Positions 27,104-37,142 of a DNA stretch of 64,000 nucleotides are shown one piece after another. The DNA comes from Lama glama (lineage: Eukaryota). A program made the translations under genes and the position numbers. Location of the stretch: positions 29,948,001 through 30,012,000 of the forward strand of contig CM052818.1 of the NCBI GenBank assembly GCA_028534125.1. The letters run 5' to 3'. Position 1 is the stretch's first letter, and every line of letters starts with the position of its first letter. A model generated the notes under the pieces. That model made no database searches. It saw only the letters and a program-made list of their open reading frames with translations, and was not told the DNA's origin.

Positions 27104-29334
27104 TCTATGAGCATTTCCTGATCAGTAAAATAGTTTTTTAAAATAGTTACTGCACAGGGTCACTGTAAAGATAAAATAACAAATGAAATGAGCTCTGTGC
27201 ATTGTCAATATGATCTTTACATGCATGTTTTACTGGTACAGAACTTAGAAGTCTGAAGTGTCATTTTTTCTTTACTGAAAGAAGGAAAGAATTTGAAGAA
27301 TATTTTTTTCCAGGTAACCAACTAGAAACATAAAGAGCTCCAGTTAAACAAAATTTGGTTATCCTCTAACTGCAATGAAGTTTCTGTAGTGAATCACTCA
27401 TTAACTAATCCATTTCATGCAGAAGTTTACTTAAAAAAAATTTTACTACATGCTATGTGAAAAGAAAATACATTAAATTAATAAAAGCAATGAAAAAGGT
27501 ACTCTAGGTGTACAAATTCCAATTACTGCAATAAGCATCTTCTATAATTACCTTAGCACTCAGTACATAATTTCATTTTTGCAGGATCCAATAGAAATTA
27601 TGGGATAAGGAAATACATAGTTTAAAGAAAGTTATTCTTACTTTAATGGTTTTATTCTCACATTTATAACAACACAAATTTATAATATTTTTAACCAAAG
27701 CAATAATAATTACATTCCAAATCTTTGCACAATTTTTCAACTAAGAAATAAAATACTACTGGAAAAACCACTCAAGGTTTCATAAATTCTTAATTTTTAG
27801 TTGTAAATGAGTATAATACATCTTAAAACAGAGAAATATAAGATACAGAAACACAAGAGTAAATTGCCCCTAAAAATACACAAGGGCAATTTCAAAGCTC
27901 TGTTTAATCTGTATTATTAATCGCTTTGTCAAAAAATATATGTTTATTGTGCAGGAGTAAGGAACACAGAAGGCCAGGGCAGAGAATAGGAAGTTCAATT
28001 AGACACGTCTTAATCAGACATTAACTCAATTAGAAAATCAGGTCTTCAGTTCAATTATGATACCACACTCTTTTTATACAATTATGTTAAAGCTGCTTAG
28101 GTTACTAGTTAGAAAGACTTTTGCCACAAAGGATGGGACCAAATATAATATTATTTTCTTCTCTACAACAGAAGTCTCACACTATCAAAGAAAATATACC
28201 TTTACATTTTCCTTCCCTAGCAAGAGTATGACCCTATAGCTTTTTATATTGCTACCAAGTGGCTCTTCTTTGATCTGTTCTTTAATTTGTGATTCTTACT
28301 GCCTGTCAGCGAGCCACTAGTTTTTAAAGTGATAATGATAGTACAATAAGCTAACAGAGTCATGATAATCTGACAAGTTGGTTTCTCTCAGAAAAATAAG
28401 GACTGCCAAACACCGTTTCTCTAATGACCAATTCTCTGCCATCATTTGATGTATACTGCATTTCCCAAATTTTAGGTTCTTAAAAAATAAGTGAGAACAG
28501 GTAGAACAAATATACTGCAAAGATGGTAAAGAAGATTAATTCAATCAAAAAGACCACTGACAAAGGAATATACTTCCTCCAGCCTAATACTGATGTTTAT
28601 AGAAGCATCATCTTTAAGTAAAACTGACACCACTGAATGGACTGTGCTAAGAGATTGGAAAAAGTTACCAGGAAAATGTTATTTAAAAAAGAGTTCTTGA
28701 TTACAAAACTCACCATCTGACTTCTAGTGAGGTATAAACTTAAACTTAAATCAGATTCATTTAAAAACTCAATTTCCCAAGAAGATAAATACACTTTATT
28801 ATAACTCTAACAAATACTGAATCCTCTGACTTCTAAAATCCATTAATCCCACAGTTCTACTTCTATGAATCTACTCTGCAGAGACTTCTACAAGTTCTGA
28901 AAGATGTATGTCTGAGGTTATTATAAATCAGAAATAACTCAAATGTCCACTAATAGATGGTTAAGTAAAATACAGCATCTATACACAATGCATACTCAGA
29001 AGTATTAAGAATATCAGCAATATGAATTTACTGACAGTGAAGATATTGTTGATCTCAATATTGAATAAAACTAGGTTCTATCTGTGTAACTGGTACAGCG
29101 TGAAAGCATTTAAGGAAAACTATATCTATAACTGTAAGATCACATAGGGAGCTGTCTGATAAGCCACTGTGAATAAACATTTCTGACTGTAGGATTTGGT
29201 AGGTACTTTTTCTCTGTAGTTTTATTTATTATCTGTGCATATGTGTGTTTAATTAGCATGTATCATTTTAAAAAACCACAAAGCTATTAAAAAAAGATCG
29301 TTACAGGTCAAGAGAAATGAACAAAGTCTAGTAC

Positions 29335-29545
29335 CTTAAACGGTTGGTGTAGGTATCAACACAGGTCTTCATTTTGGCTAATAATGTACCAACAGAAGTT
29401 TGACACTCTGACTGTTCTTCTTCCTCTTCACCATTCTCTGTCGAAAGAGGCAACAATAGGGGCACCATGCACGTACAGGAAGCAATGGCCCGGAGCAATT
29501 CCAGCAGAGCTCGATAGAGTGGCACATGCCTTGCCATGTCGAGAA
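29335..29545 (-). CDS. BIRC6: BIRC6 coding exon (approx. exon 66)
   Basis: tgtatag|TT...TTAAG|gtacta; 211 nt; VLDMARHVPLYRALLELLRAIASC...KTCVDTYTNRLR. Confidence 0.96.
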
Positions 29546-30804
29546 CTATACAAAGGAAGGGGGAAAAGGATAAAATGAGCACATGCGCAATATGAAAGTA
29601 AATCCACAGCAGTGAAGCTTCTACTTGGATATTAATATTATTAATTGGTTAGTTGGTAAATGGGCTAATGTTAATGTTAGTGAAGGACCAACATGAAAAG
29701 TGTATAGGCACTTTCAGGGAACAAAAAAATGAGTAAGGCATAGAATTGGGGTGATAACAAGAAATGTAATTAAGTACCATTTAGGTATATCACACATAAA
29801 AATGGTTAAGTAGTCCAGATAATCCACTATGGCAGTAAATATATTTATCAGTATGATGTAAAAATATATTTTAAAAATTAAATTGAAATGAAGCCATTGT
29901 ATCTCAGGTAAAACAAAATATGACCACAGTTTATCAGAAGTATAATTCAACAAATCAACTTGTTAGGAAAAAAAAAGTTGACAATGCTATCTTTCAATTA
30001 TCAGCTATAAGTCAAATGAATTTTCTTTCTTAATACATGTTACATGCATCTAAAAATGGATATCCTACTCTAAGAACATGTATTGCTTCTAAAGCTTTTA
30101 TAAGTTGCTTTGTTAGGTTTCGTGGCTTTCACCCAACTGGAATTTACTTTTGTGAATTATGTGAAATAAGGACCTAATACCTGGACAGCACAGACACAGA
30201 ACATTTCCACCACAGCAAAAAATTCTCATGGACAGTGCCATCAAGAGATAACTCCTTATACACACAAACCACAGGAAGTATGTGGGTACTGGCTCTAACC
30301 AAACATATGACTCTTTCTCTAGGGATTGGAGGTGTCACAGAGCCACCGTAGCTATACTTAAAAGAAACAATCTCTAGACTATATTCAGAACAGTATAAAT
30401 ATTTTATTTCAAGTTTATTTCAAAACAAGGGATACACACATGTACTAGGTATACTTGCATAGACATAGAATATTAAGAATATTTACCATAAACTAGTAAA
30501 GGTAGTTTCAAGTAGAAAAAGGACCAGGGTTGGTGGGACAATGTTAGAGTGAATTAATTCTCATCATGTACCTGTTTGAACTGTTCTGCAATGGTTTATC
30601 AGAGTACAGGCATGCCATAAATATTTTATTGACAATATAAGATAATTCAGTAATTACTAGATCACAGTAAGTTGATAACACATAGATGATTTAAAGAACT
30701 TAAGATAAAGGCACATACACAAAAGGAATTAAGCTATGATCTTATGCGAGTTGGAAAAAGCAACAAATGATATGTTATCATATATTCTTTCTAGTTAAAA
30801 TCTT

Positions 30805-30921
30805 GTTTTCGGAAAGGGGGGTTACTTATTTATTTATTTTTAGAGAAGGTACTGGTGATTGAACCCAAGATCTTGTGTATGCCAAGCATGTGCTCTACCA
30901 TTTGAGCTTTACCATCCCTCC
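30805..30921 (-). mobile_element. Camelid tRNA-derived SINE (Vic-1-like)
   Basis: Reverse of the 19642 element; perfect TSD tctagttaaaatctt at 30790-30804 and 30922-30936. Confidence 0.9.
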
Positions 30922-30975
30922 TCTAGTTAAAATCTTAAAAACTATTCTGACCTCTGTAAAAAAGTAAATTACTTA

Positions 30976-31233
30976 ATTTTTTTTAACATTTTTATTGAGT
31001 TACACTCATTTTACAATGTTGTGTCAATTTCCAATGTAGAGCACAATTTTTCAGTTATACATGAACATACATATATTCATTGTCACAGTTTTTTTTGCTG
31101 TGAGCTACCACAAGATCTTGTATGTATTTCCCTGTGCTGTACAGTATAATCTTGTTTATCTATTCTACATATGCCTGTCAGGATCTACAAATTTCGAACT
31201 CCCAGTCTGTCCCTTCCCACTCCCCTCCCCCTT
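30976..31233 (-). mobile_element. Young L1 3'UTR end
   Basis: Poly-T followed by the reverse complement of the 3'UTR seen at about 32215-32468. Confidence 0.9.
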
Positions 31234-32468
31234 GATACAATAAACCTTCTAGAAGAAAACATAGGCAAAACATTATCTCACATACATCTCAAAAATGTTC
31301 TCCTAGGGCAGTCTACCCAATAGAAATAAAAGCAGAATACACAAATGGGACCTAATTAAAATTACAAGCTTCTGCCCAGCAAAGGAAACCATACGTAAAA
31401 CAAAACGACAACCTACGGAATGGGAGAAAATTTTTGCAAATGAAACTGACAAAGGCTTGATCTCCAGAATATATAAGCAGCTCATACGACTCAATACAAA
31501 ACAAACAACTCCATCCAAAAATAGGCCGAAGACCTAAACAAGGAATTCTCCAAGGAAGAAATGCAAATGATCAATAGGCACATGAAAAAATGCTCAATAT
31601 CACTAATTATCAGAGAAATGCAAATCTAAACTACAAGGAGGTAGGTATCACCTCACACCAGTCAGAATGGCCATCATTCAAAAGTCCACAAATGACAAAT
31701 GCTGGAGAGGGTGTGGAGAAAAGGGAACTCTCCTACACTGCTGATGGGAATGCAGTTTGGTGCAGCCACTGTGGAAAACAGTATGCAGATTCCTCAAAAG
31801 ACTAGGAATAGACTTACCATATGACCCAGGAATCCCACTCCTGGGCATATATCCAGAAGGAATCCTACTTCAAAATGACACCTGCACCCCAATGTTCATA
31901 GCAGCACTATTTACAATGGCGAAGATATGGAAACAGCCTAAATGTCCATCAACAGATGATTGGATAAAGAAGATGTGGTCTATTTATACAATGGAATACT
32001 ATTTAGCCGTAAAAACCGACAACATAACACCATTTGCAGCAACATGGATGTCCCTAGAGAATGTCATTCTAAGTGAAGTAAGCCAGAAAGAGAAAGAAAA
32101 ATACCATATGAGATTGCTCATATGTGGAATCTTAAAAAAAAAAAAAAGAACATTAAATACAAAACAAAAACAGACTCATAGACATAGAATACAAACTTGT
32201 GGTTGCCAAGGCGTTAGGGGTAGGAAGGGACAGACTCGGATTTCAAAATTTGTAGATACTGACAGGTATATGCAGAATAGATAAACAAGATTATACTGTA
32301 TAGCACAGGGAAATATATACAAGATCTTGTGCTAGCTCACAGTGAAAAAAAAAGTGACAATAAATATATGTATGTTCACGTGTAACTGAAAAATTGTGCT
32401 CTACACTGGAAATTGACACAACATTGTAAAATGATTATAACTCAGTAAAAAAATGTAAAAAAAAAAAA
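31234..32468 (+). mobile_element. 5'-truncated young L1 (ORF2 C-terminus, 3'UTR, polyA)
   Basis: ORF 31757-32284 [14 protein letters not shown]...CTPMFIAALFT...WIKKMWSIYTMEYY; A tail. Confidence 0.93.
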
Positions 32469-32479
32469 CCAGCCAAACC

Positions 32480-33080
32480 AAAAACCCTACATCAATCATG
32501 ATATTTAATGGTGAAAAGACTGAACACTTTTCTCCTAAACTGACAACTTCTGTAAGAACTAGATAGTGGAATTTAAAAATTGTTTTAAAGAAACAAAGTC
32601 ATATAAATTGGAAAGAATAAATAAAATTGTCTTTAATGTTCATGACATGATTATCTATCTGTACAGAAATATCAAGGAATCCAGTACAACTGCTAAATGA
32701 GTTTCACAATGTAGGACATCAAGTGAATAAATAAAAATCAAGTGTACTTTTTATGTTATTAACAGTAAGAAAATGAAATTTTAAAAACAGTATCATTTAC
32801 AATAGCATAAAAAATACAACTGGGATAAATATGATAAGTTCAAAACACTTAAAATAGAAACACTGCTGACAGACATTAAAGGAAATCTAAACAAACAGAT
32901 ACATAATGCCCATATATTAGAAGATCCAATATTGTTAATAAGCTAACTCTCTCTAAATTAATGAATACATTGAATGTAATTTCAATCAAGTTCCAAATGG
33001 GCTTTTTGTTGGGAGTAGAAACTGACAAGATGACTCTAATATGTAATGGAAATACAAAGGACCTAGAGAGTCAAAACAAT
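32480..33080 (+). mobile_element. Old L1M ORF2 (RT region) fragment
   Basis: aaccctacatcaatcatgatatttaatggtgaaaagactgaac..., gacatgattatctat, catttacaatagca. Confidence 0.7.
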
Positions 33081-33689
33081 TACAGCTGAATTTTATTTGC
33101 CATAAAATTACAAATTTTACAATTAATGCATCTTAAGAGTAAGTGAACTTTATACATATTAACTAGTCAAATGCTTGCCTTTTTGAAACTATCTAATAGG
33201 ACAAAGGAACAAGAAAAAGAAACAAACAAAAAAAATCTACAATGATACTTTGACTAATAAAATCCCTGGGAGCAGAAATCAATGGGTAAAAACAGAACAA
33301 AAATACTTCATCAATCATGAAAAGTCTGTTTAGCTTAACAGCTATGACTGACAAAAATATGTGCAGAATTTCTCTTCATTCTAGCCCACACATAAATTAC
33401 AAGGGCTTAAATGTACAAATGTTGATGCCCCAACAGTCGTTCACTCTTCTCTCCATTTCTGCTAGAAATAGCTATTCTGTTTAAGTCCCATATATTTTCA
33501 TAATTTCATCTTCTTCCATTACCAATCTGTCTGTTCACATTTCTATATACACTCATAGTTACTAATGTTACTGATCACTACTCCTGGATGGTGGTACATG
33601 AGGTAATTTTATGTTAAAATTTATTTTTACTTTCTCCTTTGTGCTTTTAGGCATTGCTTAAGTTACTTATGGGGTGCATAAAATGATGT

Positions 33690-34365
33690 CCTAGGTTAGA
33701 TTTGCTTTAAAATAACCTACTATGTGTATATATGTTTTGTGTTTGGAAAAAACTGGGTGACCAAGGATAGAAATGAAAAGCATGGCCATAAGTTTATCAG
33801 ATGAAGCTGGTGATGGAGCTCAAAGGGGGTTCATTATTTTCATTATACTACCAACACTAGTTTTACATATTTCATACTTGTCCATAATAAAAGATTTTAT
33901 TAAATGTCATGGTCACAAAAGATAAAGTTTGAGGAATGTCACAGAATGAAGGACACAGAAAAGGTTACTAATGATACTAAGTGATACTAGATTAAATTCT
34001 GAACAAAAAGCAATTTTTTCTTTGCTATAGAGGACAGAATTAGGACAACAGATGAAATATGAATGGTGTCTGTGAATTAATTAGATGGTTATATTCTATC
34101 AATAGTTAATTTTTCTGATTTTGATTACTGTATGTGGTTGTATAGTAGACTGCCTTTGTGTTTTAGGAAATAAACCCTAATACATTAAAAACAATGTGAT
34201 CACTACTAGTTTATCAATTGAAACATGTACCATACTAATGCAAGATGTGAGTAATGGGATACTATGAATGAAAGAAAGGCAGGGTATATGGGATATATGT
34301 AATATCTGCTCAATTTTCTGTAAACCCAAAACTGCTTCTAAAAATATTTTTAAAATTAGTCTATT
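33690..34365 (+). mobile_element. Mosaic of old L1MC-type 3' fragments
   Basis: agatttgctttaaaata, gaagctggtgatgg, atgtaccatactaatgcaagatgt...tctgctcaattttctgtaaacccaaaactgct. Confidence 0.6.
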
Positions 34366-34807
34366 AACTAATTTTAAAATATTAGTGTATTAGTTTAAAA
34401 ATAGACTATAAAAATATGTTATTTTAGATAAGAATATACGTAATCCAAAACATGTTGGTTTTTAAAAAATAATTAAATGATTATGAAGTTACCAAGAACA
34501 AGAAAAACTACAAAATGAGAAGCTACCTCTCCATTATAAGAATAAAGCTGAGGATAACTTATCATGCTAAAATTCAGTACAGAAGGTGGGGGCGGGGGGA
34601 GAACAAGACAAACATGTAGGGTTGATAATTTTAAAATTTAAAATCTGGGGGAAAAAGTTAAAATCTGGAAATAAATGGGCACAGAGAGAATAAGACATCT
34701 CTTCTAAAATAAATGAAACATGGTACTTCTTTTCATTCTACTGATATTTATTTTATTCAACTAAGTTAGCAGTGAGAAGATTACTTCAGATTCCAACTGG
34801 GAATCTT

Positions 34808-34920
34808 TTTTTTTTTTCTTCAATTTCTGGTATACAGCATAATGTTTCAGTCACACGTATACATACATATGCTCATTTTCATAGTAAGTTACTATAAGAT
34901 ATTGAATATAGTGCCCTGTG
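34808..34920 (-). mobile_element. Short L1 3' tip with TSD
   Basis: Poly-T plus caatttctggtatacagcataatg...; TSD ccaactg(g/a)gaatctt at 34793-34807 and 34921-34935. Confidence 0.8.
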
Positions 34921-36439
34921 CCAACTGAGAATCTTAAATTTTGGAAAGAGAAGATATTCTCCTCATATCAGGGAGGGATGGAAGCAAAAGCTGTGGAGAC
35001 AGGGTAAGAAGCAATGGACAAAAGGTTGAGAATAGTAAAATCAGTGTGAGACATAAAATTGTGGGTTTGATTTACAAAGAATTTTAAATAAATTTCATTA
35101 CTATTATCATTTCTTACAACATGCATTTTAAACTTAAAATATGAAGTTTTTGTATATTTGTATTTTTCTTGACAACGATCAGTTACATAAACAAGTTCAC
35201 TCATTTTAATGTCAAAATCTACCCAGATGTTAACGCATTTGGCAATCTATGCTTATGTCTGGAAACTGGAACATGGTTATTTATACCCAATTTTATTTAT
35301 TCGTTTTTTTTTTAAAAAGACTTATTTCTGAATATTCCCAGAGAGGGAATCTGGGAAACTACGGGAAGAGCTAATTTATACTCTCTTTTTAAGATACGCA
35401 CTTTTAAACTAACATGTATGTGTGGTCAGTAAACAAAAGGAGTCAATAAGTGCTAACAAACTCTTAATGAAATACAAATGAGTACAAAACACAACAAGTG
35501 TTTCATTCCTGAGTTCCCTGATTCTATTTCTTGCTATGCAGAGCTTCACCATAAAACTGTTAAGTGTCTTTTCCTAAAGCACACTTCATTGTTACTACAG
35601 GATTGAATGTGACCAGCCTGACAAAGAAGAACGGAGGCACAACACTGTTACGCAACACCACGTCTGCAAGGGTGGCTTGCAGCAACTTCTTCACTCAGTG
35701 AGTGCCAAGTGCGTGTTCAATGTTACTGCTTGCCACCAAGCAAGCAAAGTCACTATCCTTCGGATCCTCAGATGTGCCTATCTGCTGAAATACGCTTGAA
35801 AATACCTTGGAGTTATCATCACCAACTACAGATACAGGTGTGTGACACTACTATACTTATTCCAGTAAGAGAAATTATCAAATTTGAAAATAGTAACTAG
35901 TACTAGGTAAAAGAATAAAGTTCTCATTTTTCTGTATTTGAAACATTTTAGTGGGGAAAAGGATATTCAAATGGCTGAAAAGAAACAGAATAATTAACAG
36001 GTTGATCTGACAGGAAATTTATAAGAAATAATCATAAACGTTAGCCATTTTGTTCCTGAAACACACAATTCAGCATGTATAAAAACTAAAAATAATTCTA
36101 TAACAAAAATAGAACACGATTATTATTTGGCTTATTACTGACAGAAGCTGAAGAATCAATTTTTAGCAAACAGTTACAGAGAAATTTACTACGGATTACT
36201 AATGGAAAAGACCCACCCTTCTGGAGAATTGAAAATATTTGCCATCTTTGATAAGAAGTTTGTCCAGGTTTTTAAACTTCTTTTTCTCTGACTGTAAACA
36301 GAAGTTCTCCATGAAGAGAAAAGATTCATTCATAACTACTGTGGACTAAAGCAGGATATCTGATAATATTTTGTTCCTGATGCAATGTAGGGTAAGGAAC
36401 ACTTCTCTTTTACTTATTTTAAAACTCAGACATTTATAG

Positions 36440-36550
36440 TAAATATTTCATACTAACTATAAATGGAGTATACCCTTTAAAATTGTGAATCACTATATTA
36501 TACACCTGCAGTTTATATAATATTATACATCAACTATACTAAAAAAAAAA
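36440..36550 (+). mobile_element. Short L1 3' tip
   Basis: aattgtgaatcactatattatacacctg...catcaactatact plus polyA; near-TSD aaaactcagacattta / aaaactcacatattta. Confidence 0.7.
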
Positions 36551-36989
36551 AAACTCACATATTTAGTAACAATTATTTTAGGCTAAAATATGTGGTGATT
36601 ATACATACATATCAGGCATAAACTGCAGTTCACATTAAATATGTCGGCTTAGTTAAATATATATAAAACATTTAAAAATATATTTATAACTACTATAGAA
36701 CCAAAATGGATAAATGGCAGAATATAATGTGTCTTTTTATTATATTTTCTATTATTCTATCCAATTGTTAAAATTAGAATATCTGAAGTTCTACTAAAAT
36801 GCATTCATTTTCTATCATTTTCTACCACCTGAACAGACTAAAATAGAACTGCACACTGAAAAATTATGCAACAAAACAAGTATAGTAGTTTATTCACTAT
36901 TTCTCTATACAATTCAAAGATAACCTTTCCTAGGGATTTGTTTCACAATTAATTTTCCTTCTCTCTAGACCAAGAGATTTTCTGGGAAA

Positions 36990-37142
36990 ATGGGTACTCC
37001 TGTCATCATCATAGCAGGAGATGTAAAGAAGCAAGAAGAGAAAGAAGAAAAAGAAGAATCTGTCTTGACCATGTTAGGCATCATTGGCATAATACTTAAC
37101 CTCTTGGTAATTGTTTTTGTGTATATCTATATCACACTCTGA
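36990..37142 (+). CDS. BIRC6-AS2: TUNAR-like (megamind) 50-aa single-pass membrane micropeptide, antisense within a BIRC6 intron
   Basis: MGTPVIIIAGDVKKQEEKEEKEESVLTMLGIIGIILNLLVIVFVYIYITL*; Kozak gaaaATGG; polypyrimidine tract and AG acceptor ending at 36968; C-terminal 29 aa about 24/29 identical to pTUNAR/BNLN as recalled. Confidence 0.85.
   Translation: MGTPVIIIAGDVKKQEEKEEKEESVLTMLGIIGIILNLLVIVFVYIYITL

Noticed and set aside
30976..32468. Simple twin-priming 5' inversion
   Set aside because: The 3' end is present twice with divergence between the arms, which twin priming does not produce
34343..34385. AT-rich hairpin ttttaaaattagt/actaattttaaaa
   Set aside because: Low-complexity sequence at an L1 tail; no evidence of function
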